In this document: positions 25,152-37,479 of the stretch, one piece after another
How the letters are laid out: each line of letters begins with the position of its first letter
Numbering within the stretch: the first letter of the stretch is position 1
NCBI GenBank assembly: GCA_951406725.2
Contig: OX597821.1
Location: 48,484,001-48,548,000, forward strand
DNA: 64,000 bases
Source of the DNA: Octopus vulgaris
Taxonomy: Eukaryota
Reading direction: 5' to 3'
The notes under the pieces: model-generated
Told to the model about the DNA's origin: nothing
Seen by the model: only the letters and a program-made list of their open reading frames with translations
The model's database searches: none
Program-made: the position numbers and the translations under genes

Positions 25152-25599
25152 AATATAGATCTTATGATACATTAGATTTTGAATTTAAACCAGTTTAACA
25201 ACTGTACATGTATGACCTTATGGGCCCTTGATAAGATTCTCTTCCATGCATTGTTAAGATTTCAATAACTTCACCACTTCACCTCAGAATCTTCTAATCA
25301 ACTTGAAAGATTTTTAAATATGCAGTTTGTGATCTTTGATCACTGGTGAGGAAGCTAACTAGTTAAGAGGTATGTTAGTAACCAATAGTCAATAGTTCAC
25401 ATGCTCTCCTCTCTTTCATAGACATAAAAATAGTTTAAATTTAGTAAAAAGGTTTTCTTAGTAGTTCAATTCCAAATGGTAATAAAATAACCAAAAACTG
25501 GAACACCAAATGCAATGCCTTTCTCAAAGACTTTTCTTTTATTTTTTGACTGAAATGCTATCACAATGAGTTTGACATGTTGTCCAGCCATACTTCATG

Positions 25600-26120
25600 A
25601 CATTAGTACCAGAAATATACTAGAATTATCTGAACCTATTTCTTTACTTGGAGTCAACTTAAAACAATTCAACATTAGACTTTCAGCTCCCAGTATCAGA
25701 GAAATACTTCACTGTGGGGAATGCAATGAAGTGTAGCTCTGGTACATGGAATGCTGCACTACTGGCATAAGGACATTTTAGATAACATCCAGAAAAGGAT
25801 TATTCAACTACTTGGCATAAAGTCACTCACAAAAACACTCTAGTATTTATCCCAGAGGCAAGCTGTCAACCCCTTCTGCCTTTTCTGTTGCAGCAGTAAT
25901 GGTCTTTGCTCTTTGAAACTCAGTGGATCCATCACACCTCCACCCATGCATTTCCATCCTATTCCTCTCCCCTCCTCTCATCATTTTTCTTGAGTCAACT
26001 CTTCATGGCATGCACTAATCATTATGCTGACTTCTTCCTTCTCAGAACATTGTACCATGGCTTTCCAGCAAATGTTAATTTACAAAAATTCAAGAGAACA
26101 TTAATTGCACCAATCTTACC
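25600..26120 (+). mobile_element. Highly decayed CR1/Jockey-like LINE 3' remnant
   Basis: Faint LDNIQKRIIQLLG...FPANVNLQKFK pattern typical of the ORF2 C-terminus. Confidence 0.4.
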
Positions 26121-27083
26121 AGTCTAAGATGACCTGATAAGGCTATAGGGACTGCCCCATCCTCTAGGCCTAGCAAAGAAAAAACATTGCAAACTAAAAA
26201 ATAAAAAACATGACAAGATGTAAAGTGTGGTAACACAATGAAGTATGAATGGGATACAAAGAATTAAGAAAATAGAAAGTGAGAATAGACTCCCTACCAT
26301 ACAAACATACATGCACAGATACAGCACTATATTGTTCCTCATTAACAATAAACAATTAAAAGGCAACTCATTGAAGATTCTTCCACTTAAAGCAATAGAA
26401 AGAATGAAATTTGTTTTTAATAGCATAGATCAAGTATTCAAGGAGAACCTTTTTAAAAGTCAAAGAAGAGATCATAGAATCAAGCATAGACCCAACTAAA
26501 ATGTACGTCACTGTTATCATTAAATAATGTTTCTAAACTGGAAATAGTTGAAGATTAGAGTGAAAAGATGTTTGAGGGTTATAAACACTTAATTGTCCTT
26601 AATCCTTTCATCAAATACGATATATAATCATATTCATTTTTGCTGGTTTCAGGGTTTGCACAGTAGTCATACTGGGGCACTACCAGCAAGAGTTTCAGTC
26701 ATTCACATTGATCCCAGTATTTATTTCAATCTGGTACTTAATCTAACGATCTATATTTATTATATCTGTAACTTAGAGATTTTGACACAATCTTGGTTAT
26801 GCAATAATAAACAATGGTACATGCCAGCATACACACAAACACATACACATACACACACACATTCATACAGGCCTACATATATATCTGCATACATATTTAT
26901 GTCTTTTTGTCTTGATATGATATGATGGTTGTAAATGAGTGTCACCATTAAAAAAGCAGTGCCACTTGATTTCAATCTTCCACAAAAACATGTCTGATCA
27001 CTGAGTAATATTACCTTGCTTGCAAACAAATGTGTGATAGCAAGAGGAAGAGCACGAATGTACATACCTATCATATATGCATA

Positions 27084-27499
27084 CTCTTTACTCTTTTACT
27101 CTTTTACTTGTTTCAGTCATTTGACTGCGGCCATGCTGGAGCACCGCCTTTAGTCGAGCAAATCGACCCCGGGACTTATTCTTTGTAAGCCCAGTACTTA
27201 TTCTATCAGTCTCTTTTGCCGAAACGCTAAGTGACGGGGACGTAAACACACCAACATCGGTTGTCAAGCAATGCTAGGGGGACAAACACAGACACACAAA
27301 CATATACACACACATACATACATATATATACATATATACGACAGGCTTCTTTTAGTTTCCATCTACCAAATCCACTCACAAGGCATTGGTCAGCCCAGGG
27401 CTATAGCAGAAGACACTTGCCCAAGATGCCATGCAGTAGGACTGAACCCGGAACCATGTGGTTGGTTAGCAAGCTACCTACTACACACCCACTCCTGCA
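27084..27499 (-). mobile_element. SINE family A, full length
   Basis: Reverse complement of the 21199 and 36809 copies, with a (tactcttt)n tail. Confidence 0.9.
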
Positions 27500-27538
27500 T
27501 ATGCATATTCATATAAATAATATACTCATATATATATA

Positions 27539-27690
27539 CTAGCAAAGGTACCCGGCATTGCCCATGTTACATGCAATTGAAGAATTAGACTTTTCTTTTA
27601 TATTTTCTGTAATGAACTGGAATATGTATGTTTCGAATTTCATCAAAATTGCAAATGAGGGTTATTTCCCTCTTTACACACCCTAAAAAA
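27539..27690 (-). mobile_element. Helitron 3' terminal fragment
   Basis: Minus strand gggcaatgccgggtacctttgCTAG|t, matching the other Helitron 3' ends. Confidence 0.55.
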
Positions 27691-27699
27691 AAATTGTAA

Positions 27700-27980
27700 T
27701 GATGATGATCATGATCATGATTATCCTCATTGTTTAATGTCTACTTTCCTTGCTGGCATGGGTTGGACAGTTTGACTGAAGACTGGCAAGCCAGGAGACT
27801 GCACCAGGATCCAATCTGATCTGGCAAGGTTTCTACAGATGGATGTCCTTCCTAATGCCAACCACTCTGAGAGTGTAGTGGGTGCTTTTTATGTGCTACC
27901 AGCATGGGGTCCAGTCAGGTGGCACTGGCATCGACCACACTTGAATGGTGCTTTTTACGTTCCACTGGCACAGGAGCCAA
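27700..27980 (-). mobile_element. RTE family 1 3' end fragment
   Basis: tttaatgtctactttccttgctggcatgggttggacag...cttcctaatgccaaccac, as at 36073. Confidence 0.7.
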
Positions 27981-28812
27981 TACATACATATATATATATA
28001 TATAGAAGATTATGGGTGAGCTCAGCAAGCCAACTTGCTTAGAGAGGAAGAAGTGGTAGTTTTAGAAATCAAAAGAGTTGAAAATAACAAACAAAACTGT
28101 TGAGTATAAGCAAAATTAAAGAACTTTAATTAAGAGGCAAATAAATATTTATGGAATATATTTTAGAAAGTTCTTTCATTTACCTCTAAAATCAGTAGAC
28201 TTCTTTTGGTGAGCTCTTCTTTTATTCACCTTCTTTTATTCACCATTCTAATTATTTACTATCTTTTTTTTTTGAGTGGACCAACTTCACACTCTGCATT
28301 CTTCATGTTGCCAAGTTTATGCTGACTATTTCCACATCCAGTTTAAAACCTTCTACCTTACAAAGATGCTGCTATCCACATTAACCAACTCACATTCACC
28401 ATCACATTGAACTGACTTATAACTGGTCTCCTTGCAGCAAAGACATCACCATTCACATTAACTGACATTTACCACATGGCACTGACTTCAAACCAACTAT
28501 TCACATAAACCATCGACCTCCAGCACATTGACTTCCAAGCTGGCTCCAGACCATGTGTTCAATATCAGCAACTCACATTGCCTCCCATTCACATCGGCTC
28601 CCAGCACAAAGCTAACTTACCACACACTTCACCAGTAGTATTTATTGTTTGCCCACACAATAAAAGCATGTCAAATCATACAGCCTACCCTTAAAACAGT
28701 TATGTGATTTAAATTAATTATTTCTTTTTGCCTTTGCTTGCAAAACCAGAGGGCAGTGTTCTAATTTGTATCATATGAACAAAAAATTATCTGAATATAA
28801 TTTTTCAATCAT

Positions 28813-28854
<42 letters not shown>

Positions 28855-28904
28855 TTTAACATCCGCTTTCCATGCTAGCATGGGTTGGACTGTATATATA
28901 TATG

Positions 28905-29165
28905 TGTAGATCAGATGCAAATTAGATTAGAGGAGATGCAGTTTGGTTTTGTGCTTGGGAGAAGCACTACTGATGCTATATTCCTGGTAACACAGCTGCA
29001 GGAGAATTACCTAACCAAAAATAAACCTCTATACTTGGCTTTTGTTGACATGGAGAAAGCTTTTGACAGGCCCCCACTTCCTTATCTGGTGGTTAATGTG
29101 GAAACTAGTGATAGATGAGTGGTTTGTGAGAGCTGTACAAGCCATGTACAGGGAAGCAACATTAG
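28905..29165 (+). pseudogene. RTE reverse transcriptase fragment
   Basis: LEEMQFGFVLGRSTTDAIFLVTQLQENYLTKNKPLYLAFVDMEKAFDR. Confidence 0.85.
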
Positions 29166-30450
29166 AGTGCATGTATGACCATCTCTTGTGTGTATGTGTC
29201 TGTGTGTGTGTGTACATACACATAAGCACACACATACATATATCATAATTTATGTATGCACACTGTCAATGTTCCAGTTATTGAAGCATTTGTCCTAAAC
29301 ATGTGTGTGAGTGTACACATGCACATATGTGTGCATGTGCATGTGTGTGTATATATCCTTGGAAGATGTTTATCTAAGATAGATTACATTCAGATAAAAT
29401 GTTCAGGGTCTTGCCATATCAAATAATTTAGCTGATCATCTTAACGTTGTGATTATTTCTGGTTTTTTTTTTTTTCGTTTTCTTTTTGTTGTGAAACAAC
29501 AAACATGTTTGCAGGATATTTATTGAGGAAAACTGACATAGGTTAATTGGAATTTTTGATTAGAATGATTATATTTTACACACCATGGCTTTGATATAAT
29601 CTATTTTGTGTTATATAAATATATTCTGTCTTGATTTGAATATTGCTTAGGGTTTAACTTAGTGATTCTCACTCTTTTTCACTGCAGATCAAATAAAAAT
29701 TTTGGATGCACTTTTTATGGAGAGTTTATCAATATTTACTTTTAAGGTTAAAAGTATGGAAACCTACAGCTTGCACTACATTAATATATACACTGACAAC
29801 GACATATATATATACAAATGTGGAACAGAGCTAATATTAAAAAATGCAGAACTCATTAAGGGTGTCATCAGTAGATTGATGATGTGAAATTTGTCACTGA
29901 GAAGGCTAAATGAAGTTGAAACATCAGCATTTGTTGTATCAATGATATTCTGAATGAGATCAGTGATTTTTATTTTACAAGTCTCTTTGATGAATTTCAA
30001 TGAGATAAGATTTTTACAGCAAGTATCAGTTCATATTTGTAGATTAATTATAAATATTATAAACACTATTATTGCTTGAATTGTTTGATTAATCCCTCAA
30101 AATTATGAATGACACATTTTCAAGATATTTAAGCATTACTATAGAGTTTCCAAAGACTTCTAATCATTAGAATGCATAGTAGACATAGACACTCATTACA
30201 CTGCACTGTCATGTAGCATTTGAGAGAATGACAAATTTAAGACCAGAAATGGTTACAAAATTTCCTGAGGATCAACAACTAGACTTGAGCAACTTAGATA
30301 CTCCTTTATAGAAGGTGAACCACAAGTCATGAAATATAACTGCATATTGTTATCTGTGGACATAATCTGGTAGCTTCAGTTGTTGCACCAACTTATGAGC
30401 CACACTATTTCACTTCACATCCAGTATAGCTGTACTTTGCACATAACATA

Positions 30451-30493
<43 letters not shown>

Positions 30494-32887
30494 CGTGCAC
30501 GTGTGTGTATGTGTGAGAGTGTGGCACTGATACATAGAGAACTTGAAGGAATTTTAAGAAGACAAGCTAGTTCCTTTATGTTTCTGATTCCAGGTTTTCA
30601 TTAATTTGGATTTTATTGTAAGTATATTTCTACAGACATTAAGAGATTCCCACTCCTTCACAGAATGTTAATTTTTATCCTCAACCCTTTTGTTAATGAT
30701 TCAGAGGATGAGGGGTCATATCGACATCTCTTATCATGTTCTCTGACAGTGATGTAAGAAAGGAAAGAGGTTTAGTCCTTAATACTGCAGACATCAAAAT
30801 CTTTAGGTGTTAGCATTCACCCAGGAGAATATATCTACCACTGCAAAACAAGAATAGTTCATTAGGCAGGCTTCTACAAAGCTTCTGTCTACCAAACTCT
30901 ACTCAATAGATTTGCTGAACACAATTAAACCCACAGTCGAGTAGGTGTTAAAAAGTTGTTACTTAACCACACAGCTATATATACATTTGTTGCTGTTGTT
31001 GTTGTTTAGCCCAAGATCAAAATACCCCTACAATGAAAATTATTCTAGCTATGAACCATCCTATCTTTTCTTTGCAAACTCCTATTTCTTTTCTTGAGAT
31101 GTTGAGATGGGAAATAGAGATCTGGCTGTTATTTTTAGTCACTCAGTTGATCATGTAAAAGCTCCATCACTTTTCATTGTTTTTATTTTATTTCATATAT
31201 ATATCTATTATAACATTTCTATTCATGCTTTACCTATGTGGTGCACGCACACACACACACTAAGGAACATAGAAACCATAACCAATATTTGATCTTTTAT
31301 ATGTACACATGTTTTAGGAAGTCAGCTGTGTGTAACTTTGACTGAAGAGACATAACCAAGGTGAAACAGTGCTGTGTCTAAAAGTCTCACTGCATCAATT
31401 AATGAAGAGTGTCGTGAAAACATATAACAAGAAACCTGAAAGGATAAGGTGTTCACTGAAGATAAAACACAGCAGTGATTAGCATATTTACATCTGAATC
31501 TGTCAGAATGTAAAAAGAATGAATCTATATTGACTAATGTTTTTATATTGTCTGTTTGGTGTGTCTAATACTAATATAGGAGCAAGGCTGAATACATACA
31601 TTACTTTAGAAAGAGGCTGGACATCTGATATTTTGGCAAATATTTGTGGGACAAATGATTTCAGTGGTTTAATAATTTAATGTTATTGGACAGAAAGTAT
31701 CAAAAGTTGACAATAACCAGTATTTGTGATACCAGTAGTCTAAGAAAGACTGAAGAAGGACGAATTAAATCAGATCAAAGAACACTGGACCTTACAAACC
31801 ATATAAGGGTTATACTATATTGCAGATCTATCTAGCCCATACTAATATAATTATGATTTATGCTAAAAGGGTAATGGCAATAATGTTGTCAATGATTATT
31901 AATGTTTTCCATTAGCCAAAGTTTTAAACAGAAATTCTGAAAAATTAATTTTATCAAGAAGGAAAATATATTATTTCAACTGATTCTATAGATTCAATTC
32001 ATAAGCAGAAATGCAAAACTGTTTTTTCTAAAGTTCAATACGTGATCTCAACAGTATGGTGTTTTGTGAACTTAAATAAGAAAATCATATTTCTCAGCTA
32101 ATGGCTACCCTTTGACATTGTTGCTGGAGTTTAGTTATAAATTAACAAAAACAGTAGACATACTTATAAACATTTACAAAATCCATTAATTACAACTATT
32201 TCAAATATCCATTAAAGGAATTTAGAATATGAAAAAAAAAAAAAAGAAATCAGAAATCAATTACAGTGCAAATTTTAGAATGAAAGTTTCAGATGTCCAA
32301 ATTAATTGGCTAAAAGAAAACAAACTGAGAGTTGTTGGTTCATTTCCTGTCACTAGCAAGAGGATATGTCTATGACAAAGGCACTAAACTTTTTGCTACA
32401 AAGTTTATCTGTCTGAAAGTACTAACTACATGATGATATTAGTCACACTAGTAGAAAGGGGTAATATGAGAAAAGTTAAGTTTTCGAATTGGATGTATTT
32501 GATTAGTTTTCTTGTTTTAGAATGGAACTTAGTAGAATATGGTAGCACAATCTCAGACTGGAGTAAACATTTAACAATGTTCTGTAGATTTAGCTCTCAG
32601 CTGATGCCTGTTTTGTTTATTTATACTGTATATTTTTTACTTATATTTTTATTTGTTTCAGTCATTTGACTGTGGCCATGCTGGAGCACCACCTTTTAGT
32701 CGAAGAAATCGACCCCTGGACTTATTCTTTGTAAGCATGGTGCTTATTCTATTGGTCTCTTCTGCCAAACTGCTAAGGTACGGGAAGGCACCAACATTAG
32801 TTGTCAAGCGATGGTAGAGGTCACAAACACAGACACATAAATACATACATACATATATTTATATATATATGTATATATATATATATA

Positions 32888-32942
<55 letters not shown>

Positions 32943-33871
32943 CTCTTATTATAAAAGGCAGATTTTATCTGCCTTCCTTTGTCAGTTATAGAAATCTACA
33001 ATATAGGATTTCTTCAATTACAATTTACCTAGCATTTTTAAGAGTAGAATGCATCGGGTTTTGCCAGGTCCACTTTTTAAAATTTAAACTCCAATTAAGC
33101 AAAATTTACAGAAAACTCACATTCTGGTGTGTATGTCAAATGCTTTTCTTAATGTGGTTTACACCACACGCACACACACAGTGTGCAACGAATAAAATGA
33201 AAGTAATTCACCTTTTGTAGTGAGTGACTCTTTCAGTCTACCACTTCCTCTTTACACACATAGACACGCAAATATATAAATAAAATTGTAAGCTAACGTG
33301 CGTGTGTGTGAGTGTGTGTGTGCGTGTGTGTGTGTGTGAGGGTGCGTGTGTGTGTGTGTGTGCGTGTGCGTGAGTGTGTGACAGGAAAGTTTTTTAGGAC
33401 GAATATAAGACCTATATCGGCGATGTTTCGCTTGTCGTAGCACAGGTTTCCGTCGATTTCCGTAAAAAACTTTTATTTTTTTGCATAAGTAATGAGAGCG
33501 ATAGAGACTAAGAGAAAGCGATTGTATGACGAGGGAAGTTCTTTTGAAGTTACCGTGCATGGGACGCATTGATGTACACGTGTGTGTGTGTGTGTGTTTG
33601 ATGGAGTGTGGGAGACAGACAGTATGTTGTGTAAGTGAAGTGCTTCTGTTAGTGTGTGTGAAGAGACAGAGAGAGTAATGTGTGAAAGAGAGAGATAACT
33701 GAATTTTTTTACTCGGTGTATGTGTATATGTATGTATGCATGTATTGTGTGTGTGTGTATGTATGTGTGTGTGTATGTATGTATGTATGTATGGCCGATT
33801 CAGTGTTTACATTTTTTACGGAAATCGACGGAAACGTGTGCTACGACAAGCGAAACATCGCCCCTATATCC

Positions 33872-34350
33872 AAGTAGCAGAAAGATCGCCCAAAAGTGTA
33901 TATAGATATTTAAATGTATTTATATATTCATCTATACACAGATGTATGTATAATGTGTGTGTATATATTTCCATGCACGTAACCATTCACTCCGCACAAA
34001 GTTTTTTAGGACGAAAATAAGATCTAAAGTTATCTCTAAGTAGCACAGAGATCGCCCAAAAGTGTATATAGATATATAAATGTATTTATTTATTCATCTA
34101 TGCACACATGTATGTATAACGTGTGTGTATATATTTCCATAGAGGTAACCATTCACTCCATACAAAGTTTTTTAGCACGAAAATAAGATCTAAAGTTATC
34201 TCTAAGAAACAGAAAGATCGCCCAAAAGTGTATATAGATATTTAAATGTATTTATATATTCATCTATACACACATGTTTGTATAATGTGCGTGTATATAT
34301 TTCCATAGAGGTAACCATTCAATCCATACAAAGTTTTTTAGGACGAAAAT
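33872..34350. repeat. 166-bp tandem repeat, ~2.9 units, inside the Helitron
   Basis: Units start at 33872, 34038 and 34204 (aag..cagaaagatcgcccaaaagtgtatatagata). Confidence 0.9.
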
Positions 34351-34599
34351 ATTTATATATAAAAGAAAGGTTGTGTGTCTGTCTACTCCGATTTAGATTC
34401 CTAACTACTACCACATTTTGCGATGCAGTTTAACCAAAACCGGGTATCTTATAGTCGTGATTCATATCGAGCCCTTCTGGGTATTAGCGCGCGTCTACGA
34501 TGAGTCTACGATTTTATAAATAATTTACCATCATTTTTTTTCCATTTTAATGCATATTTTTTAAAATAAACGGAAGTAACTCTCAAACTTCACACCAAT

Positions 34600-35121
34600 A
34601 TGCGTGCTCATATGCGACGTAATATCACATCAGCAGCATTTCCTCACACCCTCCTTTCACTTGGCGAAGGCAAAATACCAGGGGATGAAAATGGTAATAT
34701 TGCCATCGATTCCATTTGTACCATTGTTAAGACGCCTTCTGATCTCAGAGATGCAGTGTTCCCAGATCTACAAGCTAATTATCAGAATATGGATTGGATT
34801 GGCAAAAAGGCTATACTGGCCCCGAGGAATAAAACTGTTCACCATATTAATGATGAAATGCTAAAACTCATTCCTGGGGAAGTCTATGTATATCAGTCTA
34901 TCGATACAACTCCTGACCCAGAGGACGTCATCAACTATCCAATAGAGGTACTCAATTCCTTTGAGCACCCCGGACTACCACCACACTTTCTCAAACTTAA
35001 AGTTGGTGCCCCTATAATGCTCATCAGAAATTTGGTTCCCCCAAAACAATGCAATGGCACACGTTTAATCGTTAAGTCCTTATCTCCCACCGTAAGCTTA
35101 TATCAATATTTGCCTGAATAA
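34600..35121 (+). pseudogene. Helitron RepHel PIF1-like helicase fragment (173 aa open frame)
   Basis: NMRAH...LLSLGEG...KAILAPRN...YPIEVLNSFEHPGLPPHFLKLKVGAPIMLIRNL.PPKQCNGTRLIV. Confidence 0.92.
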
Positions 35122-35196
35122 TCATCATAATTCAGTGCAATCATTAACAGTACTTTCAAGCAATTCAGCCCCGAGCAACGCCGGGCAATTCTGCTA

Positions 35197-35273
<77 letters not shown>

Positions 35274-35350
35274 CATATACATATATATATATATACATAT
35301 ATATATAAATATATGTATGTATTTATGTGTCTGTGTTTGTGACCTCTACC

Positions 35351-35795
35351 ATAATAACAAAATAATAAATAAAACATATGCATATATACATACATATATG
35401 TACGTATCTACATCTATATGTATATATACATGCATATACGGGTACAGGACACCAAAAAAAAACGTCGAATACAATGAGAAATAAAAACATAAAAGCAGAA
35501 CCATGGAAACGGATATTTTTTTAAACAATGAAAAAACAGGGTACAAGACATACAACACAAGGAAAATTCCCCTTCTTCAGCCGCCTCTATTTTGTCTACT
35601 CCGTGTTTCGAAGGTAAAGGCGAGACACGACTTCGGTGAAACGGTCCTTCCCACTGGTGTCCTGTACCCATATATGCATGTATATATACATATAGATATA
35701 GTTACGTACATATATGTATGTATATATGCATATGTTTTATTTATTATTTTGTTATTATATGATGGAACGCCACGCATCCTCTTCCAAGTAAGTTT
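35351..35795. mobile_element. Non-coding fold-back mini-element (probably PLE-derived)
   Basis: Inverted repeats 35351-35454 and 35655-35758 plus a one-sided tail ggaacgccacgcatcctcttccaagt. Homologous copy at 49030-49520, with the same tail motif at 63901. Confidence 0.65.
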
Positions 35796-35799
35796 TATC

Positions 35800-35845
<46 letters not shown>

Positions 35846-36072
35846 CAACAGGCTTCTTTCAGTTTCTGTCTACCAAATCCACTCACAAGGCTTTGGTCAG
35901 CCCGAGGCTATAGCAGAAGACATTTGTCCAAGTGCCCAAGGTACTAGCCACAAAGCAGGACTGAACCTGGAACCATGTGGTTGAGAAGCTATGCTAGAAA
36001 TCCATGTTTCTGATAAATTATATGCTTGGCTTAACCCTGGAGAAATAATGAATCAGTTGATCAATCAACTGT

Positions 36073-36630
36073 CATCATCATCATGATCATCATCATCATG
36101 ATCATCATCTTCATTATCATCATCGTTTAACGTCAGCTTTCCATGCTGGCATGGGTTGGACGGTTTCACTGAGGACTGGTGAGCCAGAAGGCTGAACCAG
36201 GCTCAATCTGGTCTGGCAAAGTTTCTACAGCTAGATGCACTTCCTAATGCCAACGACTCCAAGAGTGTAGTGGGTGCTTCTTATGTGCCACCAGCACGAA
36301 GGCCAGTCAGGCAGTTCTGGCAACGACCACGCTCGTGCTCAAAAGGTTTTTTTCTTTACATGATACCTGAACGGGAGCCAGTCCGGTGGCACTGGCAATC
36401 ACCACGTTGAAATGTTGTTTTTCACATGCCACCGGCGCTGGCAACAATCATGCTCGAATGGTGCTTTTCACATGTCACTGGCCAATCCCTGGCCCTGGCA
36501 ACGATCATACTCGTATGTGCTTTTAACATTCCACTGGCATGAGTGCCAATCATGCAGTACAGTCATCAGTCACGTCTGCAATTTTGGTTTGTTTACACTT
36601 GCCTCAACAGGTCTTCACAAGCAAAGTTCA
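36073..36630 (-). mobile_element. RTE family 1 3' region
   Basis: (CAT)n plus cgtttaacgtcagctttccatgctggcatgggttggacgg, with internal subrepeats. Confidence 0.75.
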
Positions 36631-36650
36631 TTGGAATATAAATAATTACG

Positions 36651-36808
36651 TGGGGGCACATGGCCTAGTGGTTAGAGAAGCAGACTCGCGGTTGAGGGAT
36701 CGCGGGTTCGAATCTCAGACCAGGCGATGTGTGTGTTTATGAGCAAATCCCCTAAGCTCTACCCGGCTCTGGCAGAAGGTAATGGCGAACTTCTGCTGAC
36801 TCTTTCGG
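36651..36808 (+). mobile_element. SINE C-related tRNA(Arg)-like head, truncated
   Basis: gggggcacatggcctagtggttagagaagcagactcgcgg...gggttcgaatctc, with a TCG anticodon-like loop. Confidence 0.7.
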
Positions 36809-37213
36809 TAGGTGCAGGAGTGGCTGTGTGGTAAGTAGCTTGCTTACGAGCCACATGGTTCCGGGTTCATTCCCACTGCGTGGTACCTTTGGAAAGTGTC
36901 TTCTACTATAGCCTTGGGCCAACCAAAGCCTTGTGAGTGGATTTGGTAGACGGAAACTGAAAGGAGCCCGTCGTATATATGTATGTATATATGTATGTGT
37001 ATATATGTTTGTGTGTGTGTATGTCCCCCTCCCAATGCCGCTTGACAACTGATGGTGGTGTGTTTACGTCCCCATAACTTAGCAGTTCGGCAAAAGAGAC
37101 CGATAGAATAAGTACTAGGCTTCCAAAGAATAAGTCCTGGGGGTCGATTTGCTCGACTAAAGGCAGTGCTCCAGCATGGCCACAGTCAAATGACTGAAAC
37201 AAGTAAAAGAGTA
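36809..37213 (+). mobile_element. SINE family A, full length
   Basis: Complete head through the gaaacaagtaaaagagt tail. Confidence 0.9.
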
Positions 37214-37479
37214 AATAACCACAGTGAATTGGCCAGATGCCTCCATAATGTGATTATCTAATAAAAACAGTAATAGTAGGAAAATTTGATCAAGGAAAAC
37301 CATTGATGTAAATTTTCTTTTGTACTCTTCTAACACAAAAAGGATTAAACTTTACAACTATTAAAGGGGATTGATTATGGGTTAAGTCTAAGACACCATA
37401 ACCTATTACTGTTATGGTTTACTGTACACAGATTGAAGGCTATTTTATGTCAACAAAGTCTGCCAAAGGCAAGTTTCCT

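Larger units (their letters stand above)
32942..35197 (+). mobile_element. Composite Helitron carrying a PIF1 helicase fragment
   Basis: A|TC start tctcttattataaaaggcag; end ccccgagcaacgccgggcaattctgCTAG|T; inserted in an AT dinucleotide; second 5'-end-like motif at ~34352. Confidence 0.9.
32655..35990 (-). mobile_element. SINE family A split by nested insertions (3' half 32655-32850, 5' half 35845-35990)
   Basis: Both halves match family A and meet the insertions at the internal (TA) tract. Confidence 0.8.

Noticed and set aside
29689-29887. Possible host exon after the acceptor-like ttttcactgcag
   Set aside because: No recognisable protein similarity and only a weak donor site.
34600-35121. 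Host PIF1 helicase gene
   Set aside because: It is a partial domain lying inside Helitron termini with no exon structure.
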